A stretch of 64,000 bases of DNA from an uncultured bacterium (GCA_949297765.1 CASFTV010000005.1:66144-130143); one strand, 5' to 3'; counted from the first letter of the stretch, positions 8,530 to 17,982 are shown. Program-made: numbers and translations. The notes: generated from the letters alone by a model not told the origin.

Positions 8530-10086
8530 ATGAAAAAAGTTCTTATTCCGACAAAACTCGACAAGGTCGTTTCCGAAATTCTTTCCGCGAAAGGATTCAC
8601 AGTCGTCCAGGACATGGAAACGCCGTTTGCGGATCTTGCGAAGGCCAATGCCGACGCGGAAGCCGTGATCGTCCGGAGCGAAAAGGTCACGCCGGAAATC
8701 ATGGATCTTCTTCCTTCTCTGAAGCTGGTGGTGCGCGCGGGCGCCGGATATGACAATATCGACATCAAATACGCCCGCCGCAAAAACATCGACGTGATGA
8801 ACACCCCGGGCGCCAACTCCAACGCGGTGGCGGAGGAAGTGATCGCGATGATTCTGGCGGCCTACCGGAAACTCATCCCGGCCGACATCTCCACCCGCGC
8901 GGGAAAATGGGAAAAGAAGGCGTTCATGGGCCGCGAACTCACCGGGAAGACGCTCGGAATCATCGGACTGGGGCACATCGGCCGTCTCCTTGCAAAGCGC
9001 GCATCCGGATTTGAGGTGGAAATTCTCGGATTCGATCCGATGATCACCAAGGCGATGGCGGATGAGATCGGCATCACGCTGACCTCCGTGGAAGAGATCT
9101 TCTCGAAGGCCGATGTCATCTCCCTGCACGTTCCTGAAAACGACGCAACCCGCGGAATGGTGAATGAAAAACTCCTTTCCCTCGTGAAAAAAGGCGTCAT
9201 GATCGTGAACTGCGCACGCGCCGGAATCATCAATGAGGACGATCTCCGGAAATTCAAGGCGGAAAAAGGGATTCTCTACTGCAACGATGTCTACAAGAAG
9301 GATGCGGAAGGGGAAAAATCCATTGCGGATGTCGCGGATGTGATGGCTCCGCACCTCGGCGCCAGCACGAAGGAAGCCAACTTTGTCGCGGCAAGACGGG
9401 CTGCGGAACAGACGGTCGCCTATTTTGAAAGCGGCGTCACAACCTGCGTGGTCAACAAGGGAGTGCCGGACGGACTCAACGCCGAATACCAGCATCTTGC
9501 ATCGGCCATCGCCAAACTGGCCAGAGCCGCGCTCGGCAACGAAAAAATCAACCGGATCGAAACGAGCTTCTACGGGAATCTGAGCAAATATGCGAAATGG
9601 ATGACCGCGCCGATCTGCGCCGGCCTGACGAAGGAGTTCGATCCCTACCTCGATTCGAAGGACGCACAGGAGTTTCTGACCTCCCGCGGAGTGGAACTGG
9701 TCAACCGCCAGGTCGACGACGCGAAAAACTACGGAGAGTCGATCACCATTGATCTGGTCTCCGCCACCGGAAGAGTCTCGGTCCGCGGAACCATCGCCGA
9801 AGGACGGATGATGATTTCCAGAGTCAACGATTTCGATCGTCTTTATCTGGATCCGACCGGCATCACGCTCTTCTTCGAATACTCCGATGCGCCCGGAATC
9901 ATTGCGAAACTTTCCGGAAAACTCGGAGAGAAGGGCATCAACATCATTGACATCCGCGCTCCGCAGAACCTCAAGAGCGGAAATTCTCTTGCGGTCATCA
10001 AGATCTGCTCCGACATTTCCGACACCGATCTCAAGGCGATGGCGGAATCGGTCGGCGCGGTGAAGGCGTTCAAATTCAGCGCCTGA
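8530..10086 (+). CDS. serA: D-3-phosphoglycerate dehydrogenase, long form with ASB and ACT domains
   Basis: 518 aa. NAD fold GIIGLGHIGRLLA, 2-hydroxyacid dehydrogenase core, and a C-terminal ACT-like region (LFFEYSDAPGIIAKLSGKLGEKGINI). Confidence 0.9.
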   Translation: MKKVLIPTKLDKVVSEILSAKGFTVVQDMETPFADLAKANADAEAVIVRSEKVTPEIMDLLPSLKLVVRAGAGYDNIDIKYARRKNIDVMNTPGANSNAVAEEVIAMILAAYRKLIPADISTRAGKWEKKAFMGRELTGKTLGIIGLGHIGRLLAKRASGFEVEILGFDPMITKAMADEIGITLTSVEEIFSKADVISLHVPENDATRGMVNEKLLSLVKKGVMIVNCARAGIINEDDLRKFKAEKGILYCNDVYKKDAEGEKSIADVADVMAPHLGASTKEANFVAARRAAEQTVAYFESGVTTCVVNKGVPDGLNAEYQHLASAIAKLARAALGNEKINRIETSFYGNLSKYAKWMTAPICAGLTKEFDPYLDSKDAQEFLTSRGVELVNRQVDDAKNYGESITIDLVSATGRVSVRGTIAEGRMMISRVNDFDRLYLDPTGITLFFEYSDAPGIIAKLSGKLGEKGINIIDIRAPQNLKSGNSLAVIKICSDISDTDLKAMAESVGAVKAFKFSA

Positions 10087-10106
10087 CAGAGCTCCGGTCT
10101 TTGAAA

Positions 10107-10132
10107 GGCTCCGCTTCGACGGAGCCTTTTTT
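10107..10132 (+). terminator. Rho-independent terminator of serA
   Basis: GGCTCCG-cttcga-CGGAGCC followed by TTTTTT. Confidence 0.75.
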
Positions 10133-10156
10133 CTATCTGCGGAAAGGAACGGCGGC

Positions 10157-10669
10157 ATGAAGGATTCTCAAAATCCGGTTCTTCTATCGCTCGGCGGCAA
10201 TCTGGGCGATGTTGCATCGGAGTTTGAACGGGCCACCGCCGAACTGGAACGAAACGGATTCCGGATTCTGAAGCGCTCCCGTCTGTTCCGGAGCAGAGCA
10301 ATGGGATGCGAGGACGGTGCGCCCGATTTTCTGAACTGTTCCATTCTCGGCATCTGGGAAAAGTCTCTCCTCCGGCTGCTGGAGGTGATCCACCGGATCG
10401 AGGTGGAGTGCGGACGGCCCGCCGATCATCCGCACTGGGTTTCCCGGACTCTGGACATCGACATCATCACGGCAGGCACTCTGGAACAGAAAACACCGGA
10501 ACTCACCATTCCGCATCCGGAACTGGCAAACCGCGATTTTGTTCTGATCCCGAGCGCGGAGATCGCACCGGATATGAATATTCCCGGCGTTTCCATGTCG
10601 TTTTCCGAACTCCTGTTGAAAAGGAAGAAGAAAAACGATACCTTAAATAAAAAGGAGACTTCGAAATGA
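10157..10669 (+). CDS. folK: 2-amino-4-hydroxy-6-hydroxymethyldihydropteridine pyrophosphokinase (HPPK)
   Basis: LSLGGNLGD, HWVSRTLDIDII, TIPHPELANRDFVLIP are typical HPPK blocks. Carries a K-rich C-terminal tail. Confidence 0.85.
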   Translation: MKDSQNPVLLSLGGNLGDVASEFERATAELERNGFRILKRSRLFRSRAMGCEDGAPDFLNCSILGIWEKSLLRLLEVIHRIEVECGRPADHPHWVSRTLDIDIITAGTLEQKTPELTIPHPELANRDFVLIPSAEIAPDMNIPGVSMSFSELLLKRKKKNDTLNKKETSK

Positions 10670-11709
10670 ACGATCTGCAGGAAAAGATTCAGGCACTTCT
10701 TGATTCGTTTGTCGAACAGGGGACGGAGTGCGGATGCCAGGCGGCGCTCTACATCAACGGGGAGCTGGCGGTCAGCGCGTATGCTGGATGGACTGACTGG
10801 ACAAAAACAAAAAAAGTCGATGAAAACACGGTCTTTCCGATCTATTCGACCGGGAAGGCAATCGCATCGACCGTGATCCACCGGCTCGTGGAAAAAGGAA
10901 TCCTCGACTACGACATGTACGTCGGCGACGTATGGCCCGAGTACGCCTGCAAAGGCAAGGAAAAGACAAAACTCTGGCACATGCTCGCCTACCGGATGGG
11001 AATGATGAAGGAACCGGACTATGCGACCGACGAGGAAAACGCGGACTGGAAGCTCATGTGTTCCCGTCTTGCGGCGATGACGCCGGCCTATCCGCCGGGC
11101 ACGAAGCAGCAGTATCATCCTCTCACCTACGGATGGCTGATCGGCGAGGTTGCCTGCCGTGCGACGGGCAGGGATTTTGCCACGCTCTGCCGGGAGGAGG
11201 TCTGCCGGCCGGCCGGCATGGACCGCTTCTTCTACGGGATCGCGGAAAACGAGGAGAACGCCGCAACGCTGGTCAAGGCGCCGGACGGACGCTGTTATTC
11301 GGAAGAGGTCATCAACCGGATGAACAAGCCGGTTTTCCGCCGCTGCTGCAATCCGTCGACCTGCACGATGTCGAACGCACGCTCAATCGCGCAGCACTAT
11401 GCGGCACTCGACACCTGCACGCTGCTGAAAAAGGAGACGATCGACAACGCAACGATCCTCCGGCGGGCGGAAAACGACATGATCCCCATCGAACCGGGAC
11501 GCTGGGAACTGTTCGGGCTCGGCTACGTTCTTTCCGGACCGAAAGACGATCTCGGCCGCATCTTCGGCCACGGCGGCGTCGGCGGCTCGGAAGGGCTTCT
11601 CGACCGGAAGCAGCACTTTGCGATCGGCTACACCCGCAATCTGTTCGCCGATCCGAACGGGCGGAACGAGTTCCTGAAGATCATCGGGCTGAAAAACCGT
11701 GACTGGTGA
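10666..11709 (+). CDS. Serine hydrolase, beta-lactamase/transpeptidase-like family
   Basis: 347 aa. S-x-x-K motif (YSTGKAIAST) at the expected N-terminal position. ATGA overlap with folK. Confidence 0.75.
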   Translation: MNDLQEKIQALLDSFVEQGTECGCQAALYINGELAVSAYAGWTDWTKTKKVDENTVFPIYSTGKAIASTVIHRLVEKGILDYDMYVGDVWPEYACKGKEKTKLWHMLAYRMGMMKEPDYATDEENADWKLMCSRLAAMTPAYPPGTKQQYHPLTYGWLIGEVACRATGRDFATLCREEVCRPAGMDRFFYGIAENEENAATLVKAPDGRCYSEEVINRMNKPVFRRCCNPSTCTMSNARSIAQHYAALDTCTLLKKETIDNATILRRAENDMIPIEPGRWELFGLGYVLSGPKDDLGRIFGHGGVGGSEGLLDRKQHFAIGYTRNLFADPNGRNEFLKIIGLKNRDW

Positions 11710-11722
11710 GAACAGTCCGGCC

Positions 11723-12571
11723 TTACCGCCGGATGATAAAGTAGTCCATCAGGGAAAGCATCAGCAGAAAAATCGGGGCGTTGAGGATCAGGCTGTCGAC
11801 GAGGTCCATCACGCCGCCGATTCCCGGAATCAGTTTTCCGGAATCCTTGACTCCGCAGATCCGTTTCAGCGACGACTCCGCCAGATCTCCCGCTGCGCCG
11901 AACAGGAAGAGCAGGACACCGGGAATCAGGGCAAAAACAAGCGGAAAACCGGTCACACGGGGAAACAGCGCAACGGAGAACGCAATGGAGAGAAGCAGTC
12001 CCCCGATGAATCCCTCCCAGGACTTTCCCGGACTGATCGACGGAATCAGCTTATGATTTCCGCCCTTTGTTATCTTATTGGAAAGCGAACCGACCACGTA
12101 AGCGCCGATATCGCCGATTTTCGTTCCGACCACAAAGAATCCGAACAGCAGCCGGTCCTCGCGGTACAGCGCCGCCAGGAACAGGAACGGCAGCACAAAC
12201 AGAAAGAAAACCGCCGCGGAATTCATCACCTTCTGCAGCACCTCAAGCCGGTTCCCGGAGCAGAGCAGCTGAATCCATAGACAGATGCAGAAAAACGCCA
12301 CAATCCCGACCACGAACAGGGGCATCATCAGGAGATTGATCTCCGCATACAGCACTCCCAGCACCGGCAGAAGAACCGCCAGAGCGGTCCAGAGCGGATA
12401 GGCCGGCAGATTGACCTTTGCACTCATCCGGCAGAATTCCTGCACGGCGATTCCTGTTCCGGCAACGGCGAGGAAGGTGAAGCAGAGCAATCCGCCGAGA
12501 CCATTCAGAAAAATGGATGCGGCGAACAATCCGAGCAGAACGATGGAACTGCAGAGTCGTTGTAAAAACAT
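11723..12571 (-). CDS. cdsA: Phosphatidate cytidylyltransferase (CDP-diglyceride synthase)
   Basis: 282 aa polytopic protein. C-terminal signature SSLKRICGVKDSGKLIPGIGGVMDLVDS; it deviates from the usual PGHGGxxDRxD at the His and Arg positions. Classic uppS-cdsA pairing. Confidence 0.8.
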   Translation of the reverse strand: MFLQRLCSSIVLLGLFAASIFLNGLGGLLCFTFLAVAGTGIAVQEFCRMSAKVNLPAYPLWTALAVLLPVLGVLYAEINLLMMPLFVVGIVAFFCICLWIQLLCSGNRLEVLQKVMNSAAVFFLFVLPFLFLAALYREDRLLFGFFVVGTKIGDIGAYVVGSLSNKITKGGNHKLIPSISPGKSWEGFIGGLLLSIAFSVALFPRVTGFPLVFALIPGVLLFLFGAAGDLAESSLKRICGVKDSGKLIPGIGGVMDLVDSLILNAPIFLLMLSLMDYFIIRR

Positions 12572-13288
12572 TTATTTTCTCCCTCCGAAACGTCGGTTTC
12601 TTTTGGTATAGGCTTCGATGGCTTTCTGGAATTCCTCCCGGCTGAAATCGGGCCAGAAGGTCTCGGTTACATAGAATTCGGCGTAGGAAAGCTCCCAGAG
12701 CAGGAAGTTGCTCAGGCGCAGTTCGCCGCTGGTCCGGATCATCAGATCGGGATCGGGAATTTCCGGCAGATAAAGATGACGGGCGAAGAGAGGTTCATCA
12801 ATCCGAGCGGGATCCAGGGTTCCGGCGCGCGCCTCCTCCGCGATTTTCCGGGCGGCATCGACAATCTCCGCGCGTCCGCCGTAATTCAGCGCCACGATCA
12901 GCGTATGTCCGCGGAACTCCGCTGTTTCGGCGATGGCACGTTTCAGGTCCTGCACGGCTCTCTCGGGCAGAGCGTCCATCCGTCCCGTCACGAGGAAGCG
13001 GACCTCCTCTTTCTTCATCTCCTCCAGATATTCGCCGATGAACCGGGAGAGCAGCTCCATCAGCGCATCGACCTCCTCTTTCGGCCGTTTCCAGTTTTCC
13101 GTGCTGAACGCATAGAGCGTCAGGTATTCCACTCCGAACTCTTTCGCATAGCGGAGCAGATCCTTGACCTTTTCGGCGCCGGCGATGTGTCCTTCCACCC
13201 TCGGGAGCCCCCGCCGGGCGGCCCACCGGCCGTTCCCATCCATGATGATGGCGACATGACGGGGAACACTTCTCTCACTTTCCCCCAT
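12572..13288 (-). CDS. uppS: Isoprenyl transferase (undecaprenyl-diphosphate synthase)
   Basis: HVAIIMDGNGRWA, LTLYAFSTENWKRP, IRTSGELRLSNFLLWELSYAEF. Confidence 0.92.
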   Translation of the reverse strand: MGESERSVPRHVAIIMDGNGRWAARRGLPRVEGHIAGAEKVKDLLRYAKEFGVEYLTLYAFSTENWKRPKEEVDALMELLSRFIGEYLEEMKKEEVRFLVTGRMDALPERAVQDLKRAIAETAEFRGHTLIVALNYGGRAEIVDAARKIAEEARAGTLDPARIDEPLFARHLYLPEIPDPDLMIRTSGELRLSNFLLWELSYAEFYVTETFWPDFSREEFQKAIEAYTKRNRRFGGRK

Positions 13289-13931
13289 AGAAATACTCCT
13301 CCAGCATCATGCAGACCGCATGGTAGACCGGCAGATGAAGTTCCTGAATCTTATACGTTTCCGACTCCGGCACATCAATCACGCAGTCGGCATAGCGTTC
13401 GCACGTTCCGTGCCGGTTTCCGGTGAACAGGATCCGTCTGACGCCGAGTCCGCCCGCCACCTTGAACACATTCCGGATGTTCTCCGCATTCCCCGACGTG
13501 CTCAGCCCGATCACGACATCGCCGTTCCGTCCGGCGACAAACAGCTGCTGTGCATAACACATCAGCGGATCGACATCATTGGCATACGCGGACGAAAGTG
13601 CCGGATGCGCGGAAAGCAGCATCGCCCGGATTCCCATCTGAAGACCGGAACAGAGACCGGAAGCATCCTCTCCGAGATTCTCCGTAAACTGCCGGACGAT
13701 CTCCTCCGGGACCACCCGTCTGGAAAGAAATCCTTTGGAAAGTTCCCCGATGATGTGATCGGCATCCGCATGGCTTCCGCCGTTTCCGCAGACAAACACG
13801 GTTCCGCCCTGCCGGATGGAATCGCGCAGCATCGCATACGCCTCAACGATCTTCCCGGAGCATGCCGCGAGCACGGGATAGCGCTCCAGCAAGGTCTTCA
13901 GGACGGAAGCGGAAATGGAATCCCCTGTCAT
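13275..13931 (-). CDS. SIS-domain protein (GmhA/DiaA-like phosphoheptose isomerase family)
   Basis: VFVCGNGGSHADADHIIGEL and GLSTSGNAENI. The track start 13940 is GTG. ATG 13931 sits 6 nt after GAGGTG and is preferred; either start is possible. Confidence 0.75.
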   Translation of the reverse strand: MTGDSISASVLKTLLERYPVLAACSGKIVEAYAMLRDSIRQGGTVFVCGNGGSHADADHIIGELSKGFLSRRVVPEEIVRQFTENLGEDASGLCSGLQMGIRAMLLSAHPALSSAYANDVDPLMCYAQQLFVAGRNGDVVIGLSTSGNAENIRNVFKVAGGLGVRRILFTGNRHGTCERYADCVIDVPESETYKIQELHLPVYHAVCMMLEEYFYGGK

Positions 13932-14011
13932 TTTCTGCACCTCTGCTTGTTCTGGATGTTCCGTTGTTTCTGTATTCGGAGTAATAGACCATACATTATC
14001 GGAAAGTCAAG

Positions 14012-14055
14012 AAAAAAACCGGGATTTCCCGCTTTGCGCAAGCGGGAAATCCCGG
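14012..14055 (-). terminator. Strong rho-independent terminator after the FAD-oxidoreductase gene
   Basis: Minus strand reads CCGGGATTTCCCGCTT-gcgca-AAGCGGGAAATCCCGG, a perfect 16-bp stem, followed by TTTTTTT. Confidence 0.85.
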
Positions 14056-14087
14056 AAACATGTTCCACAAACGGCGAGGGAAAAAGC

Positions 14088-15818
14088 TCACTCCACTTCG
14101 AACGAGAAGATGTGGACGGAATCGGCGTCGGGATCCCAGGAGCGTTCCGGGATCAGACGCACGGCCTCGGCGGAAATCGGATCGAAATTCAGCCGCAGAT
14201 AACGCTTGCGGTTCTCCCGGATGGTCAGAACCGGAGTCCAGACGCCGGAACGGAGGACCTCCACGCGGAAATCGCGCGCGATCGTTCCGGGAACCCGGCG
14301 GTAAGAATCATCCTCGGGAATGCCTTCGATGCTGCGCATGCGCTTGGTATCCGAAAAATCGCTGTCGAAAATGATGCGGACCGAACGGACCGTCTCCGGT
14401 TTTTCAAATTCATAGCGGCAGTCGGCGCCGAGCTTGAGCCAGAGGCCGTTGTCGGTTTCGCCGAAGGAGCGGTCGTGGCCGTTGCGGAGGACTTCGTCGG
14501 AAACTTTCGCGGAGAGGCTCAGAGCGGAGACTTTGCGTGTCACAAACGGGATGAAATGATCCTGTTCGAGCAGCGTGTCGCGCAGTTCCTCGATGTGATT
14601 CTTCCAGACGCCGCGCGGATCGGTGTTGTGGCGGACCGCAAGGGCGGCGGCGGTTCCAACCGCCTGTCCCATGGTCGCGCAGGTTGCCATCACGCGGGTC
14701 GAGCTCATCGCCATGTGCGAGCAGGAGATGTTGCGCCCCGCAAAGAACAGATTTCCGATGTTCTTCGAATAGAGCGAGCGGTAGGGAATGCCGAACGGAG
14801 ACGGCGCGGGATGATAAATGGTCGGCGGACCGGGATAGTAGAACGCCTCCGGATGATGGTTGTCCATGCTCCAGCCGCCATAGCAGACGGTGTCGGGGAA
14901 GTGACCGCCCGCCTCGACCTCCGGCTGAATGAGGATATGATCGCCCACATAGCGGACGCTCTCGCGTTTTCCGGGCAGTTTTCCGATCCAGTCAAGCTCC
15001 CACTCCGCGGCGTGGCCGGATGGATGATTCTTGATGAACTCCCAGCAGCCGTAGGCGATTTTCAGGAGTTCGTCGCGGATCTCGTCCGCATCGGTGATGG
15101 TGTCCTTCACGCCGCCGAACTCCATCCACCAGAAGTTTTCGGTGCGGAGATTCCGGAGCATGCACTCTCTGCGCGGAATATTCTCCTCGGTGTAGTGATA
15201 GGCCCATTCCGGAGCAGCAAACGGACGGTGCGGCCCCGTCGATCTGCGCAGCTGGATGAGAATGGAATTGCCCATGGTTTTCTTGTCGGCCTGTTCCGGA
15301 GCATGGGTTTCGCCGAACTCGGAGGAGGCCTCGCGGCCCATGCGGTATTCGGCTCCGGAAAGACGCAGGATGCTGTCGCCCGAGCAGTCCGCAAAGAAGC
15401 GGCCGGAAATGATGTAGCGGGTATAGCTGTGCAGATTCCATGCGGAAACGGAAACAATGGAACCGTTTTCCACGGAAACGCCTTCCACGGTCGTGTTCAG
15501 CAGAAGCGTGATCTTCGGCTCGCGGCGGATGAACGTGTAGAGCACGTCATCCCAGATGGTGAAGCGGAGCGACGGATTCAGATAATAGTTCTCCAGCAGG
15601 ATCTCTTCAAGGATTCCCGCCTCCTTCTGATCCTTTCCGTGCGCGCCGCAGACCCACATGCGCATCTCGCTGGAGGAGTTTCCGCCGAGCATCGGACGGT
15701 CCTGAACAAGCACCGTCTCCAAACCGTTTCTCGCCGCGGCGACCGCCGCGCAGACACCCGCAAGGCCTCCGCCGACAACAACGAAGTCCGCCGAAAGTTT
15801 TTTCTCCGGAATCACCAT
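14088..15818 (-). CDS. FAD-dependent oxidoreductase with C-terminal beta-sandwich (CBM/discoidin-like) region
   Basis: Start ATG 15818 (MVIPEKKLSADFVVVGGGLAGVCAAVAAARNG, a GxGxxG fold). The track ORF to 16907 overlaps iclR and nagA on the other strand. The last ~150 aa (…WLKLGADCRYEFEKPETVRSVRIIFDSDF…) look like a carbohydrate-binding module. Confidence 0.8.
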   Translation of the reverse strand: MVIPEKKLSADFVVVGGGLAGVCAAVAAARNGLETVLVQDRPMLGGNSSSEMRMWVCGAHGKDQKEAGILEEILLENYYLNPSLRFTIWDDVLYTFIRREPKITLLLNTTVEGVSVENGSIVSVSAWNLHSYTRYIISGRFFADCSGDSILRLSGAEYRMGREASSEFGETHAPEQADKKTMGNSILIQLRRSTGPHRPFAAPEWAYHYTEENIPRRECMLRNLRTENFWWMEFGGVKDTITDADEIRDELLKIAYGCWEFIKNHPSGHAAEWELDWIGKLPGKRESVRYVGDHILIQPEVEAGGHFPDTVCYGGWSMDNHHPEAFYYPGPPTIYHPAPSPFGIPYRSLYSKNIGNLFFAGRNISCSHMAMSSTRVMATCATMGQAVGTAAALAVRHNTDPRGVWKNHIEELRDTLLEQDHFIPFVTRKVSALSLSAKVSDEVLRNGHDRSFGETDNGLWLKLGADCRYEFEKPETVRSVRIIFDSDFSDTKRMRSIEGIPEDDSYRRVPGTIARDFRVEVLRSGVWTPVLTIRENRKRYLRLNFDPISAEAVRLIPERSWDPDADSVHIFSFEVE

Positions 15819-15930
15819 TTCTGTCACCCTTTCTTTTTTTGTTGAGTTTTCGAGATCTCTTTCTTCTGTTTTAAAGTATCTCCTTTCTTTTCCGGCGCAA
15901 CCTTTTTCCGGAGAAAAAGAGATTCTTCTC

Positions 15931-15959
15931 TTGAAAATTCCGCATAGTGGAATTATACT
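15931..15959 (+). promoter_or_regulatory. Promoter of iclR-family gene, predicting a leaderless mRNA
   Basis: TTGAAA (15931-15936), a 17-nt spacer, then TATACT (15954-15959). The spacer contains the inverted repeat ATTCC-gcatagt-GGAAT. ATG 15966 is 7 nt after the -10, with no SD. Confidence 0.5.
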
Positions 15960-15965
15960 TTCTCC

Positions 15966-16703
15966 ATGAAAACGCTTGTTCTGAATAAAACGCTGCGGAT
16001 TTTCGAAGCGCTTGCGCGGGCGGAAAATCCTTTGACACTGAAAGAGCTGTGCCGTCAGACAGGGATCACGCCGCCGGCGGCGAGCCGGCTGCTGTCGGAT
16101 CTGACGGAAAGCGGCTATGTGCGGAAAGCCTCCTACCGGGAGTTCGAACCGGGACTCGGGATGATCGACCTCGGCCAGAGCGCGCTGCGCCACAATTTTT
16201 TCTCGCAGAACGCGATCCGTTTTCTGCATTCGGAGCTTCAGCGCATCGGGATCGGGGGAGCGCTGGCGGGAATGTTCAACGACCGTCTGGTCTATCTGTA
16301 CCATTCGCTTTACGAGAACGGGCGTCATTTCTCCATGCTTCCGATTCCGGAGCAGCCGCTTTTCCGGTCCAATATCGCGCTGGTGATTCTCTGTTCCAAA
16401 TACGGTCCGGAAAAAGCGAAAGAGATGCTGTGCACGGAACTCCATGCGCAGACACCGGAGGAAGAAACCGCTCAGCGGGAAAACTCCATTCTGCAGCGCA
16501 TTGAAGCGTTCCGGAAAGATCATTTCGCGGTATGGGACAACGGCGGATACGGCTGGAACATCTGTTTTCCGCTGATCGACGGGGCGCAGGTGTACGGGCT
16601 TTCGTTTCTCGGCGATCCGTCGATGCGGACGATTCCCCCGCGCCTGTTTCTGGAATGTTCCGCGGCAGCAGCGGATCTGCGTAAAATTCTTACGCGGGCT
16701 TGA
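15966..16703 (+). CDS. IclR-family transcriptional regulator
   Basis: 245 aa. wHTH (LTLKELCRQTGITPPAASRLLSDLTESGYV) plus an IclR-type C-terminal effector domain. Confidence 0.85.
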   Translation: MKTLVLNKTLRIFEALARAENPLTLKELCRQTGITPPAASRLLSDLTESGYVRKASYREFEPGLGMIDLGQSALRHNFFSQNAIRFLHSELQRIGIGGALAGMFNDRLVYLYHSLYENGRHFSMLPIPEQPLFRSNIALVILCSKYGPEKAKEMLCTELHAQTPEEETAQRENSILQRIEAFRKDHFAVWDNGGYGWNICFPLIDGAQVYGLSFLGDPSMRTIPPRLFLECSAAAADLRKILTRA

Positions 16704-16707
16704 ATTC

Positions 16708-16764
16708 GAACCGGAGCGGCGGTACAGTAAAAAGAGGGTTCCGGAAAAGGAACCGGAGCGGCGG
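16708..16764. repeat. Two perfect 15-nt direct repeats upstream of nagA
   Basis: GAACCGGAGCGGCGG at 16708-16722 and at 16750-16764 (offset 42 nt), flanking a GGTTCC/GGAACC hairpin. Confidence 0.6.
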
Positions 16765-16821
16765 AAACGCACCGGAATCGGACCGGCCGGCGGAAATCCG
16801 TCCGCGGAAAAGGAGTCTGCC

Positions 16822-17982
16822 ATGAAAATTTTGTTTCGCGACGCACTGCTGATCTCGCCCGATGTGGAACTGGAAGGCGCATCGGTTCTGACGGAGGACG
16901 GTGTCATCCGCAGGATCTACCCGTGCGGAGATCCGCTTCCCGAAGCCGACCGCACCATCGACCTTCAGGGCGATATGCTCGTTCCCGGATTCATCGACAT
17001 TCACACCCACGGATGCTCCGGACAGGATTTTTCCTACGGGACGCCCGAGGCGATCCGCGCCCTTGCGGCGGGCAAACTCCGGGAAGGGGTCACCACTGTG
17101 CTTCCGACCACCTCCACGCAGAGCGAAGAGGTTCTTGCCCGCGCGCTTCAAAGCGCCGCGGACTTTGTGAAAAGCGAAAACGGCGGCTGCCGGATTCCGG
17201 GCGTGCATCTGGAAGGGGTGTTCATCAATCCGAACTGTCTCGGTGCGCAGAATCCGGCGTTTCTGCGGGATCCGGATATCGGGGAAGTTCTTCGTCTGAA
17301 CCGGATCTTCCCGGTGCGGAAGGTTTCGTATGCGGTGGAGATGCCGGGAGCGGTCCCGTTCACATCGGAGCTGCAGGAACACGGAATTACGCCGTCGTGC
17401 GTGCACAGCGCGGCGACCTATGCGGAGTTCTCGGCGGCCTACGAACACGGGCTTCGCAATCTGACGCATTTCTGCAACCAGATGACGCCGCTGAAACACC
17501 GGGAGATCGGTCTGGTCGGAGCGGGGCTTCTGCACGAAGATGTATATCTGGAGCTGATCTGCGACACCCTCCATGTGTGTCCCGACATGATCCGCCTGAT
17601 TTTCCAGACGCGGGACTGCGACCATCTGATGCTGATTACCGACTCGGTCGAAGCCTCCGGAATGCCGGACGGGGAATACACGCTTGCCGGACTGACCATC
17701 GTGCTGAGCAACGGCGCCGTGCGGGTCAAAGGACATCCGGAAACGCTGGGCGGAAGCGTGCTGAAGATGAATACGGCGCTGCGCAACGTGTTTGAGATCA
17801 CGGGATATCCGCTGAAGGACCTGATCAAAACGACCTCCTGGAATCAGGCACGGTCGCTCGGACTGGAGAAGGTGGGGCGGATCCATCCCGGCTATGCGGC
17901 GGATCTCACGATCCTTTCCGGCGACTTTGAAGTGGAACGGGTGTTTGTCGGCGGCGAGGAACGCTACTGCGCGGAAGAATAG
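16822..17982 (+). CDS. nagA: N-acetylglucosamine-6-phosphate deacetylase
   Basis: 386 aa amidohydrolase. LVPGFIDIHTHG, GVHLEGVFIN, HFCNQM, LITDS. AGGAG lies 6 nt upstream of the ATG. Confidence 0.88.
   Translation: MKILFRDALLISPDVELEGASVLTEDGVIRRIYPCGDPLPEADRTIDLQGDMLVPGFIDIHTHGCSGQDFSYGTPEAIRALAAGKLREGVTTVLPTTSTQSEEVLARALQSAADFVKSENGGCRIPGVHLEGVFINPNCLGAQNPAFLRDPDIGEVLRLNRIFPVRKVSYAVEMPGAVPFTSELQEHGITPSCVHSAATYAEFSAAYEHGLRNLTHFCNQMTPLKHREIGLVGAGLLHEDVYLELICDTLHVCPDMIRLIFQTRDCDHLMLITDSVEASGMPDGEYTLAGLTIVLSNGAVRVKGHPETLGGSVLKMNTALRNVFEITGYPLKDLIKTTSWNQARSLGLEKVGRIHPGYAADLTILSGDFEVERVFVGGEERYCAEE

Noticed and set aside
8491-10158. 555-aa minus-strand ORF opposite serA
   Set aside because: Shadow ORF typical of GC-rich DNA. 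The plus strand encodes a full-length SerA with RBS and terminator.
13320-15845. 841-aa plus-strand ORF
   Set aside because: It runs antisense through the SIS-domain gene, a strong terminator hairpin and the FAD-oxidoreductase gene. Its composition is R/A/G-rich with no domains.
14088-16907. N-terminal extensions of track ORFs: 14088-16907, 3666-4916, 5565-7466, 32352-33296, 44694-45539, 48926-50428, 50451-51956, 56910-57734, 60592-61407, 61284-62309
   Set aside because: The extended parts overlap neighbouring genes or promoters and lack homology. Internal starts with an SD and/or ATGA coupling give proteins that begin where the conserved families begin.
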